From NCBI GenBank assembly GCA_000388065.2, contig KB932206.1: DNA of 64,000 bases. One strand, written 5' to 3'. Both the position numbers and the translations under genes were made by a program. This DNA comes from Fonticula alba ATCC 38817 (Eukaryota > Protista > Nucleariida). The notes beneath the pieces were generated by a model, which saw nothing but the letters and a program-made list of their open reading frames with translations, was not told where the DNA came from and ran no database searches. This document shows, one piece after another, positions 22,871 to 35,070 of the stretch; the stretch's first letter is position 1; every line of letters begins with the position of its first letter.

Positions 22871-25641
22871 GGGTGGCTGGGTGACTGTGACGAACGAGCG
22901 TGTGCATTTGATATGGTGAGTTGGGGGAGGGGCGAGGGGGGCGAGGGAGGGGGGGGGGAGGGCAATGGCAGGAGGAGGGCAGCGCATTGTCGGAAGCTGG
23001 GCGACATCCGGGAAGCGTACAGATCTCAGAAGCCGGGAGCTGTCTGCTGGCAGGCAACCAGGCGCTCTTCAGGACTTTGGGTGAAACNNNNNNNNNNNNN
23101 NNNNNNNNNNCCCCCCCCCCACACACACACACACACACGCATTCACACCGACGTCCCGACTCACATGTAGGCTGGCTGGAGCTGTTCCCGGGCGGGGCGG
23201 CCCCGCCCGTGGCGGGGAGGCTACTGCGCAACCCTCCCCCGTCGCCAGCTGGGTTGCGATCTGCCCCACTCGGCGGGGGGAAGGAAGGCTCAGCTCCAGG
23301 GGGAGCAAGCGGTCGTTCCCCGCGGTAGGGGGCGCCGCCCCACACTCGGGCTGGGAGGTCTCCCCCCTCCGCGTCTCCCTGCCCAAGCCCAAGGGCCGGG
23401 GCGGAGGGGACAGGCCAGTGTGCCCTGTCCCGCACTTGCGGTCTTGTCAAGATCGCCGGGCCCCCCCCCCCCCCTCCTCGCTCCTGTGGCCCGGAGTAGG
23501 GGGCCCTCCTGATCCGGGGCCAGTCACCGCGGGGACATCATCTGGTATGGTCGCGGGGCAGGGGCACAGGATATGCCCACCTGCTGCGAGGTGTTCCCTC
23601 GGAGAGCGACGGGCGGGGGCCAGCGGGGGGGGGGGGGAACCGTTCGGAGAATTGCCCGCATCTGGAGGTCTCACGCGTGCGGCCCGGCCGGAGCGCGCCC
23701 GGGGAGAAGGCCCGGCATGGTCCGATGCTGTGCAAGCAACATGCGGCCAGCGGGGCGGGAAGGAAGCAAGACCGCCAACCAGGCCGGCCGACCGCCAGGA
23801 TGGACGACTTCCCCGGCCCGTCCCCCGAGGAGCAGCACCCGGTAGATACTAGGGCCAGGGGACACACCCTTCCACTGAATCCCGACGAGAGGGGCCCCCG
23901 GGCACACTCCAGCACCCAATGACACCGGGCAGCGGCGGACGCCGGGCGGGAGAGACCCGGGCAGATGGACCGGCCCCCGGGGGTGCCCCGAAGGCCTTCG
24001 AGGAAGGGGGAGGAGGGGGGGGGGGGGGGCGGGCAGGGCGCCCCGGCCGTCCCTTGGCGCGGCAGCAGCGCGCGTTCCAGAGCCTTGCCGAGACAGAGCG
24101 CCCATCTGCTGGGCGCCGGAGCATATGTACCGTGCGCAGGCCGCCCCCCTACCCCCTGGGGCGGGGGGGGGGGCCGCCGGATGGCCAGACACATTCAGGG
24201 AGCCGGCCGGGATGGGGCCTCCTTCGCTGGCCAGCCGTCAGAGCGGCGCCTCCGGGGCCTGATCGACCGGGGCGCGTCGACGGAGATTGACCCCCGCACC
24301 CGTCGGGCGCGGCTAGATCGCTGGCGCCGAGACGATGGCGGCATGCCCGTCCCCGGTACACGCACACACGTACCCAAACACATTGACAAAATAATGGTCC
24401 CTGCATACACCTGCACGCGCGCGCGCGTGCACGAACATCCCCAGCCCCTGCCCCCCCCCCCCGGGGGGGGGGAACGAATAATCCCCGCCGGACGGGCGGG
24501 GAAAATACCCCGACGAGGCAGAGAGAGAGAGAGAGAGAGAGCGCCGGCCCTGGGAGGGCGGGCGATTCGGCCACCGGGGGAATCCTTCCAGAAACCCCGG
24601 GCAGCACTATCAGTTGGCGTGGACGAGGCCCCGACCTGCGGACGCGAATGCACCGCGGATCATATGGTGGGGCGAAGGGCTTGTGCGGGCGCGTCCGCGC
24701 GGGCATATGCCGGGCGCCTGGACCGGCGAGCGCGCGCGCACCGAGCGGGGCCGGGAAGGGAGGGGGAGCGGGGAACGGCCGCGAATTCCGTGAGAATGCG
24801 CACGCATCCACGCGCTCCGCCGATCGGGCGGCGGTGTCCTCGCGGAGGGGGTACGCCCGGGGGGCGGGAGAAGGCACCGGGGGCGGAAGGGGCGCCATTG
24901 CTATGAAACCCGCAACCCCCCCCCCCCCCGCCGGCCATCATGGGCATATGTTCACCCCATGTTGGCCCGGCCTTGCCTGTCTCCGCTTTTGCACGGAGGA
25001 CCAGATGTTCGCGGTGGGCCGGCTGCGTGTGCGACGGCATGGCACAGCACCGGGGGTGGGCTGCTGGAGCAGAGTGCGGGCGCGGAGCCCGCGTGGCGCC
25101 CAGCTTGACGGGCTTGGAAGCACCTGCATGTGCCCCCCGAGCACGCCCACGACAACCTCCGACGCTCGCAGCATATGCAAGGAACGCGCCGCGCCGCGCC
25201 GCGGCCCCCCCCCCCCCCCTCACGCCCTCGGCGACCCGGTCGAAAGAAAGGCCTGGAAGGGACGCGGGCGCCTGGCACGCGCGCACATTAGCACCCACAC
25301 GCCGGACAGCCCTCGAGCGAACATGCGCCGGCCCGTGCGCAGACGCGCGCCGGGCGCCGCCCTCCGCGCCCCGGCCCGGGGGCCTCTGACCGCGCCCCAT
25401 CGGCCGCATGGCGCCGCCGCCACAGGCAGGCGAGGCCCCCCCGCCTGGCCAGGATGTTGGGCGAGGGCCCATGCCCAACGGTCCGCGCGTGGCCGCCCCA
25501 AGCAGCGGCGGGCCTGCCCGGGGCGAGCCCCCGCTCTCGACGCCCCAGGAACCCACGGACATATGGGCGGCGGGCGGCGGGGGGGGTACATGGGCCCCCC
25601 TCCCGGCGCTGACGCGCCCCCGCCGAGCCGGCACCCGGGCG

Positions 25642-25954
25642 GCGGTGGGGGGCGGGGGGCGGGGGCGGCAGACCATATGCACCGGAGGGGGCGGCGAAGC
25701 CCCCTGCATGGGGATATCTCGGGCCGGAAGCTGCCCCTCCTTCGGGAGCCGCCAAGCGGCCCGAGCATATGATGCCGGGCGGGAGCCCAGATCGGAAGAG
25801 CACACGTGCGGTGGGGGGCGGGGGGCGGGGGCGGCAGACCATATGCACCGGAGGGGGCGGCGAAGCCCCCTGCATGGGGATATCTCGGGCCGGAAGCTGC
25901 CCCTCCTTCGGGAGCCGCCAAGCGGCCCGAGCATATGATGCCGGGCGGGAGCCC
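25642..25954. other. 147-bp direct duplication (25642-25788 and 25808-25954) separated by an Illumina TruSeq adapter fragment: assembly artefact
   Basis: The spacer 25789-25807 is AGATCGGAAGAGCACACGT, the first 19 nt of the TruSeq read-through adapter. The two flanking copies are identical. Confidence 0.95.
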
Positions 25955-28183
25955 GGTCCGGAGGCGGCCCGCGCAGGCGCCCATCCGCCCGCGCGGGCCC
26001 CCAACCCCCGCGCCCGAGCCGGCATTCCGACCCGCCATGGCCGCGTCGGGCCGGGCATGCCCTGCGCGGCCGGCGCGGGAGCCGAGCGTGGGGCCTCTCC
26101 CGCGAGCGTGTGTCCTGTTATTTGGAGGGCCTCCTGGTGTCCGGCGTCTCCAGGGGGAGGGGGGGGGGGAGGCCCGGACGCGAGTGGCCGGCTGGTCCAA
26201 ACACCCAGCGCCCGGGCGCACAGGCCGGGAGGTTGATCCGCGCGTCCTTTGCCCACACACGCGCACGCGCGCACGCTTGTGAGAGAAAAAAAAACATACA
26301 CCGGAGGGGGGCCTTTATTTAGTCCAGCTTATTCCCATAACTAGCTCCCCTCCAAGGAAACCGCCGCGTCAGTGCCCGACCTACGCCGGGGCCCGGGCAG
26401 AATTGGGCAGGCCTGACCCGGCACCGCGCGCGCCCTCTCACCCGCGCCCCCCCCCCCCCCTTCCCCCGGGATGGGGGCTGCCTCCGGTTCGGCGGTCGCC
26501 GCTGCCGGCGGCACCGGCGCCCCAAGGCCAACACGCCCGGCATGCTGGGGGCCCCGCCACCCGGCGCCACGCCGGTCGAGAGGTTAATCGTCCGCCTGGG
26601 CGCGGGCATCGGCCGGCCGCCGGGCCCGCCGCCCCCGGCGCCCTCCTTGCCCGCCTCTTGGCCAGACGTCCGACTCGCAAGCCTTGCCCGCCCCCCCGGG
26701 GGGGGGGGGGGGGATATACAGGGGCCCGGCGGGGCCGGAACGACACCCCGCTTTGATGGCTCTCCAAGCCCTGTCCCGTGGGCGTGGTCCCCCTCCCGCG
26801 CGCCCCATGGGCGCGCGCATGGACACACACGCACACATGCACACACACACACACACACACATACACACCGGTGGCGTGGGACGCGCCGCCCGTCCGGGGC
26901 GGTCCCCGAATGCTTGACTGTCATCGTGGCGTGGGGCGCCCTCCACATGCGCGGGAACGCCGGACCTGACTCGGGTCGCCGATATTCTTCCCTCTGTCTG
27001 ACGGGGGGGGGGGGGGGGGCATCAGGCCTGTTGCAGGGCTTACTGCCAAAGCAAAGACGCCCGGCATCCGCCCCGCGCGCCCCGCCCCCCACGGCCGCCA
27101 TGTGCTGCGTGTATCTGTGTATGTCTTTGTGGGGCCTCGTGTGTGTGTGAGCGTCGACGGACGTCCATTTAACCGCGGCGCCGCCCGCCTGGCCTCGCCT
27201 CCGGCCCTCGGCGACACACTGCCCAGCGAGGCGGCCCTCCTCTCAGTGCCTCCCCCCCTCCCGGCGAGGGCGGCGAACAGAGAGGCTTGACAGCACCAGC
27301 TCCTTTCCCGTGACGCATGCGCAGCCCGAGGCGCCGCCCTTGTGTGCCGCCCGGCGCCGCCTCCCGCCCCCCCCAGCCCGGCGGGGCAACAAGGGCGCCG
27401 GGAATCGAGCTGGCCCGGCATGTGGGCCGCCCGGTCCGGTGGGACCTCTCCGGGCGTTAGTTCGGCCACCAGCTGCCCGGCCTCCGGCCGGCCGCGTGCT
27501 CGCCCGGGCTGGCTGTTCCGTTCTCCCAGTGTCTCCTCGGCATCGCCTCCAAGCTCCCACCCCCGCCGTCGACCAATCATCTATGCCGGCGGTTGTGGCC
27601 CTCCNNNNNNNNNNNNNNNNNNNNNNNNNNNNNNNNNNNNNNNNNNNNNNNNNNNNNNNNNNNCCCCCCTCCGCGGCCCATTGCATGGGGCCCGACGAGA
27701 CCGATCAACCACCGACGCCCGGCCGCCGGGAACGTCACCCTCCCCCTCGGACCCCACTTCTCGAGGGCCATACAGGCGCCCCTCCGTGCCAGAGGAGCGG
27801 ATGGCCTCCGCCTCGCCCTCTCCGTGAAGGCTTTTCCGGCATGGCCTCTTTCGGGCTCCTTCTCCCCCGGACACTGGCCTCGGCAAAGGTGCCCCCCCCC
27901 CCCCCGCAGCGGAGGCCACGACCTTGACACCTCCCCGGCTGCGGCGCTCCCACCGCCCGATTACCATGGTGACATTCCCCGCGCCCCGAAGGCACCACCC
28001 CTGCCCCCCCCCGGCTGGCCGGCCGGCCCGCCAAAGCACCCTGTCCAATGGGGGCGGGCGGAGGACCAGCCGCGGGAACGGGCCCGGCCTATGGCAGTCC
28101 CCGTGGAGGGGGGCCCGGGCGCCCCGTGGGAGACCTCGGTTCACGGCCTGCCACCTGCCATTCCTCCCGTAGAGCACCGAAAG

Positions 28184-28222
<39 letters not shown>

Positions 28223-29498
28223 CCCCCCCCCCCCCCCGCCACCCTGCCCCGCCCCACCCCGCGCCGGCCCGGCATCGGTTCCGGGGTAGGGGGATATCGA
28301 GCCCCCATGCGGCGGCGTGAAAAACGGCCCCATATGCTTTTTCCCGCCCTTCTCGGACCCGCGGCCGGGCGATTCCATATGATTTGGTCCGCCCCGCCCC
28401 TTGGCCGACCCGTCCATATGGGGCGCCGATCAAGTCGCGAAGAACGTAATGCCATTACTGTTCCACCGATCGGGCGCCTCATTGTGGACGAAGAGATCTC
28501 TCGCCGGGCGGGGGAGAGTGAGAACGAGAGCGAGAACGAGTGCGAAAGAGAGAGGCAGCCATTGGACCCGGTCCGGAATGGATATGCCCCCTTCCGGCGG
28601 TCCCTTTGTGTGTGCAGCAATCGCCGACCCCGGGCCGGGACACACAATATCTCGCTGACAATAATGCGCAAAATGAACCACATCCACGCGCGCACGCGCC
28701 ACAGCCGGCCAAGAACCCCCCCCCCCCTTTTACCCCCCGCTTTCAGCGCACGCAAGGATGCCGGCCCGCTTGGGGCCTGCTCCCTGCAACCAGCAGCGAC
28801 AACGGAGAGGGCGACAGGCAGATAGATAGATTGATAGGGAGACAGAGCGAGAGAGGGGCATCACACAGCATGCGAGCATATCTTGTCCGCTCCGCTGTGA
28901 GATCGTGCTGCCAGCACCAGCATCTGTGCCGGGCCTCCTTCGGCCGCTCTGTCCGAGAGCGCGACAAGCGCCCCCGACAGCCGGGCTCGCCTCTCCCGGA
29001 CCCCTGGTCTTGCGAGCGGCTTGCCAGGTGTTGCCCTNNNNNNNNNNCGAAAGTCCCAGCACGCCCCAGTACGGGCGCGCGCCCAAAACCAGATCATGTC
29101 GCCGTGCCCCGCCATATGATCTCGCCCCCCTCCTCTCGTTCCTCTCCCACCTGGGGGCCCATCTGCTCTCCCCTAGACCCGCCAGATGTGGCAGCCGTCA
29201 CGGTCCGTGCCATTGGGACTCCCGTTGTTGATGCCCCCCTAGTGACCCGATCGCCCGGACAGAAGAAACACAAGGAGGGGATGTATTGTTTTGGTGCCAG
29301 TGCGGGTGCTTGCTTCTCTCTCTCTCTCTCTCTCGTTGTTCGCCCATCCCCTACGCACGCGTGCGAGGAAGAGACGGAGAGAGAGAGAGAGAGACACAGG
29401 GACGCCGCCACGAGAGAGCATGCGCAGCCCCCAAACACAGAACCTCTAAATGAAGATAGGGCGAGGGAGGATCGGCTGAGCGCATGGACGCGCCCCTC

Positions 29499-32400
29499 TC
29501 ACAGACCAGACTGCTGGCTGACCAGCAGAGCGTACAGACTGCGATTGGCCATCAGCTCGTCGTGGGTGCCGGACTCCAGGACCTGGCCATTCTCAATGAC
29601 GACAATCTTGTCGGCGTTGCGGATGGTCGACAGCCGGTGGGCAATGACGATGGTGGTCCGGCCCTTGGAGGCCTTGTCCAGGGCGTCCTGCACGATGGCC
29701 TCCGACTCGGAATCCAGCGCCGAGGTGGCCTCATCCAGCAGCAGGATCGGCGGGTTCCGGACAATGGCACGGGCAATGGCCACACGCTGCTTCTGACCGC
29801 CGGACAGCTGGGCACCACGGTCACCAACACGCGTGTCATACTTGCGCGCCAGGTTCTGGATGAAGCTGTGGGCGTTGGAGAAGATGGCCGCATCGACGAT
29901 CTCCTCGTCCGTGCAGTCGGGCCGGCCGTAGCGAATGTTCTCCTGGATGGTGCCACTGAAGAGAACCGGCTCCTGCTGCACGAGGCCGATGTTGCGCCGG
30001 ATGGCCGGGATGTGGAAGTCCCGCAGGTCCACCCCGTCAACCAGGACCTGGCCGCGGACCGGGTCGTAGAAGCGCTCGAGCAGCTGGATCAGGGTGGACT
30101 TGCCGCAGCCGGACGGACCGACCAGGGCAACGGTCTGCCCCGGCTCGGCCGTGAAGCTGACCCCCCGGAGGATGGGGTTGTCCTCGCGGTTGGGGTAGTG
30201 GAAGTGGATGTCCCGGAACTCGATGCGGCCCTCCACCCGGTCGACCTTGCGCCCGGCGTCCGACAGCGGATCGATGACCAGCCGGCGGTCGATCAGGGCG
30301 AAGATGGCAATCAGGGACTTGCGCGCCTTCGAGTAGTCCGGCGCCATCGAGGCAATCTGCCCGACGGTCATGGACCCGAAGATCACGGCAATGATAGCGC
30401 GGTTCATCTGGGCGAAATCGCACCAGCCATTGGCCACGTTCTGCGCGCCATACCAGAAAGACAGGGCAAACACCCAGAAGACCACACCCTCGGCGAAGCC
30501 GAAGGCCAGGCCGGCCAGCTGCGCTCAGCCATGGAGGCGCGGGGAGGGGGAGGGGGAGGGGGGGACACGTCGGGAAAGGNNNNNNNNNNNNNNNNNNNNN
30601 NNNNNNNNNNNNNNNNNNNNNNNNNNNNNNNNNNNNNNNNNNNNNNNNNNNNNNNNNNNNNNNNNNNNNNNNNNNNNNNNNNNNNNNNNNNNNNNNNNNN
30701 NNNNNNNNNNNNNNNNNNNNNNNNNNNNNNNNNNNNNNNNNNNNNNNNNNNNNNNNNNNNNNNNNNNNNNNNNNNNNNNNNNNNNNNNNNNNNNNNNNNN
30801 NNNNNNNNNNNNNNNNNNNNNNNNNNNNNNNNNNNNNNNNNNNNNNNNNNNNNNNNNNNNNNNNNNNNNNNNNNNNNNNNNNNNNNNNNNNNNNNNNNNN
30901 NNNNNNNNNNNNNNNNNNNNNNNNNNNNNNNNNNNNNNNNNNNNNNNNNNNNNNNNNNNNNNNNNNNNNNNNNNNNNNNNNNNNNNNNNNNNNNNNNNNN
31001 NNNNNNNNNNNNNNNNNNNNNNNNNNNNNNNNNNNNNNNNNNNNNNNNNNNNNNNNNNNNNNNNNNNNNNNNNNNNNNNNNNNNNNNNNNNNNNNNNNNN
31101 NNNNNNNNNNNNNNNNNNNNNNNNNNNNNNNNNNNNNNNNGTGCCAACGAAAGGGTGCGATCGCCCGGGCTCCCCCGCTCGGCCGTGCCTTTTCCCCGGC
31201 CCGGGCCTGCCCCCCCCGTGGGCTCTGCGCTGCCCGTGAGGGCGGATCGACTGGGTGCAGCTGCCCACGGACATGGCGTTTCACGCCATGGTCGGAGCCA
31301 GAAGCCCCCCAGCTGACGTGGATGGCGCTGTGCGTGCGGCGGGTGTGGCCCTTTTGACACCGCGCCATTCCTCCCGGGGGTTGTCCCCCCTCCGCCTCGT
31401 CCTCCCCTGTACCTGGCCCTGGGGGGGGGGGTCTGGCACAAAAATGTGCCCCCCCCCCCCCCCCCGGCCGAGGGAAAGGAGAAGAGGAAGAAGAAGGGGA
31501 AGAGCCCAGGCATGGGCGGATGACAAGCGAGACACCAGGACCGAGGGAGGGAGAAGGGGCAAATGCAAGCACCGGTGTACGTACGTGCGTGCTCCGGAAG
31601 CAGGCCTTCTCCGGCTCGCTGAGGGACTCGCCAAACTTCCCGGCAAAGGTCTCCTGCCGGTTGAGGGACATGACGGTGCGGATGTTGGAAATGCACTCCA
31701 CCGCATAGAAGCCACTCTTCTCGAAGGCCTTCTTGTTCTTCTCATTGAAGCCCACCATGGCCACGATGGACAGGTATCCGGCCGACAGGGAGAAGGGCAG
31801 GCAGGCAATGGCCACCAGGCCCACGCGCCAGCAGGAAATGATGGCAATGATCACACCAGCCACCAGGGTCGACAGAATCTGCAGGATCATGGCCATCCGA
31901 GTGGAGGTGCCACCCTGGATGTAGCTGGCATCGGTGGACAGCCGGGTGGCCAAGTTGCCGGTGGAGTTTTCCGGCTGGTCGAACCAGCCGACATCCTGCC
32001 GGACAATGGTCTTGAAGGCCAGCTTGCGGATGCGGTCGGTCAGGCGCTCGGCCGTCACAAACTGCCCGACATTCAGCAGGTAGTTCGAGGCAAAGGAGTA
32101 GGTCCCCAGGCCCAGGAACACCAGGCCCCAGATGAGGGCCGCGCGCTTCAAATCGTCCCCGGTGTTGTAGATCATGGCATCGATCATCTCCGTCGAGATG
32201 AAGGAATACAGGGCGAAAATGACACCCGACAGGATGGCGCCCACGAAGGCCATGGCCATGTACGGCCAGTCCGAGATGGAGTATGTGTACGCCCGGATCA
32301 CAGGGCTGTCCTTGTACTTGACCTAGGGGGNNNNNNNNNNNNNNNNNNNNNNNNNNNNNNNNNNNNNNNNNNNNNNNNNNNNNNNNNNNNNNNNNNNNNN

Positions 32401-34895
32401 NNNNNNNNNNNNNNNNNNNNNNNNNNNNNNNNNNNNNNNNNNNNNNNNNNNNNNNNNNNNNNNNNNNNNNNNNNNNNNNNNNNNNNNNNNNNNNNNNNNN
32501 NNNNNNNNNNNNNNNNNNNNNNNNNNNNNNNNNNNNNNNNNNNNNNNNNNNNNNNNNNNNNNNNNNNNNNNNNNNNNNNNNNNNNNNNNNNNNNNNNNNN
32601 NNNNNNNNNNNNNNNNNNNNNNNNNNNNNNNNNNNNNNNNNNNNNNNNNNNNNNNNNNNNNNNNNNNNNNNNNNNNNNNNNNNNNNNNNNNNNNNNNNNN
32701 NNNNNNNNNNNNNNNNNNNNNNNNNNNNNNNNNNNNNNNNNNNNNNNNNNNNNNNNNNNNNNNNNNNNNNNNNNNNNNNNNNNNNNNNNNNNNNNNNNNN
32801 NNNNNNNNNNNNNNNNNNNNNNNNNNNNNNNNNNNNNNNNNNNNNNNNNNNNNNNNNNNNNNNNNNNNNNNNNNNNNNNNNNNNNNNNNNNNNNNNNNNN
32901 NNNNNNNNNNNNNNNNNNNNNNNNNNNNNNNNNNNNNNNNNNNNNNNNNNNNNNNNNNNNNNNNNNNNNNNNNNNNNNNNNNNNNNNNNNNNNNNNNNNN
33001 NNNNNNNNNNNNNNNNNNNNNNNNNNNNNNNNNNNNNNNNNNNNNNNNNNNNNNNNNNNNNNNNNNNNNNNNNNNNNNNNNNNNNNNNNGCGCTGCTTCT
33101 GGCCGCCGGACAGCTGGCCGCCCCGCTCGCCGACCGGGGTCTCGTACTTGAGCGGGAGCTTGCTGATGAAGTCGTGGGCGTTGGCCATCCGGCAGGCGGC
33201 CTCGATCTCCTCCTGGGTGGCATCGAGCTTGCCATACCGGATGTTCTCGCTGATCGTGGTGGAGAAGAGGACCGGCTCCTGCGACACGAGGGCCACACTG
33301 GACCGCAGCCAGCGGATGGACAGGTCCTTCAGGTTGTTGCCATCCAGGGTCACCGTGCCGGAGGCCGGGTCGTAGAAGCGCTCCAGCAGGGCGATGGTGG
33401 TGGACTTGCCGCAGCCCGAGTGGCCAACCAGGGCCACCGTGGTGCCGGCCTTGACCGACAGATTCAGGCCATTGAGAATCTTGCTATCCGGACGCGAGGG
33501 ATACGTGAAGTGGATGTCCCGGAACTCGATGTTGCCGACAACGCCGTCGGGCTTGATGCCCTCGTCGCTGAGGTTGTCGATGTCCGGCACGCGGTCGATG
33601 ACATTGTAAATTTCATACGCCGCGCCCAGGCCCTGGGCCAGACTGGAGAAGCTCGGGGCCGCGGTACCGATGGACATGGAGCCCATCATGATGGAGAAGA
33701 AGACGACAATCACATCACCGGCATTCATGTTGCCGGCGTTGATCTGCGTCGAGCCATACCAGAAGGCAATGCCATACGAGCAGTAGATGACGAAGAAGAT
33801 GAACCCAATGCCGATACCGGTGGCGTGGCCCTTCTTCTCGCCATTGCGCAGGGCCGGGATGAGGGCACGCGCGTAGCGGCCAATTTCGCGATTCTCCCCG
33901 CCGAAGGCGGCCACCGTGCGGATGGAGCTGATGACCTCCTCGGCCACGGACCCGGCCACGGAGTAGGCCTTCTGGCCCTCGGAGGCAAAGGACTCGATGG
34001 ACTTGCCGAAAATGCCGCCGGCCAGCATGATGAGCGGCGTCAGCGCCGCAATGACCAGGGTCATCTTCCAGGAGTAGATGAAGGCCACCACAAAGCCGGC
34101 GATGAACATGGCCATGTTCTGGATGATGAGGGCAAACTTGTCGGACACGGCCTCCTGGATGAGGAAGACGTCGGAGGAAATGCGCGACGTGACGGACCCC
34201 TGCTTCTGGGTGTCGAACCAGCCGATCTCCTGGCGCATCATGGCATCGAAGTAGAGCCGGCGAATGCGATTGGCCTGCCGGTGGGACGTGAACAGGTAGG
34301 TCATGGCCTGCAGGTAGGACGTGCCCAGGCCGATGAAGCCGAACACCACAAACCAAATGGCACTCTTGTTGATGGCCGACATGAGATCGGTGGCCGGGTT
34401 GCCGAAGGCATTGATGATGTCACCCATGATGACGGAGAAGAGCGGCTGCAGGACACCATGGCCGATGGCCGCCAGGCTGCCCACCAGAATCAGGGTCACG
34501 TCCACCTTGCCGGCGTAGCGGAAGAGCTGCGTCATGGACACCTTCGGGCCCTTGGAGAAGTCGCGCTTGCCGTCGGCGGTGTAGAGCTCCTCCTCGGTGG
34601 CCTTGTCGTCGGCCTTCTTGCCCTTCTTCTTGCCCTTCTTCTTGCCCTTCTTGGACTTGGGGTCGGCATCATCGAGAGCCTCCTCGTCGTCGGCATCGCC
34701 ATTGCTGGACGCCTCCTCCGAGGGGGGCATGTCGGCCAGCGGAATGTCCGGGTCAAGGGCGGGCCCGGCCTCCGGGGCCCGGTCGGCCAGGGGGATGTCC
34801 GGCGAGGAAACGCCGGAGTCAGTAGCCGGGCTACTGACCGGTGAGAGGCCCCCATCCGAGGATGGCGGGCTGCTCCCAGAGGGGTCTGCAGTCAT
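29499..34895 (-). CDS. ABCB/MDR full transporter, paralog 2, with at least 2 introns and partly in gaps
   Basis: Same motifs as paralog 1. Segments are 34895-33091, gap, 32322-31585 and 30518-29499. Intron 31584-30519 (GTACGT...GCTGAGCGCAG) joins RSTH|LAGLAFG. An in-frame TAG acceptor at 32325-32323 implies another intron in gap 32331-33090. Confidence 0.92.
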
Positions 34896-35010
34896 GATGC
34901 AGGGCGGGGGGGCTTAATGTGGGGAAGCACAAGAAGGGAGGAGTGGGAGGGAGAGTGGCCACGGTCTGGCAGGAACACGCATATCGGTGAGTGTCGGGCT
35001 CGGTCTGTAC

Positions 35011-35015
35011 ATGTG

Positions 35016-35067
<52 letters not shown>

Positions 35068-35070
35068 TGT
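35011..35070. repeat. (GCGT)n microsatellite
   Basis: Read directly. Confidence 0.9.

Noticed and set aside
18578-23170. 1530-aa plus-strand ORF
   Set aside because: Antisense shadow of the ABCB paralog 1 CDS. Stop-free antisense frames are expected at very high GC3, and it has no motifs of its own.
25642-25954. Repeat-spacer-repeat resembling a CRISPR unit or TSD-flanked insertion
   Set aside because: The spacer is an Illumina adapter, so it is an artefact and not biology.
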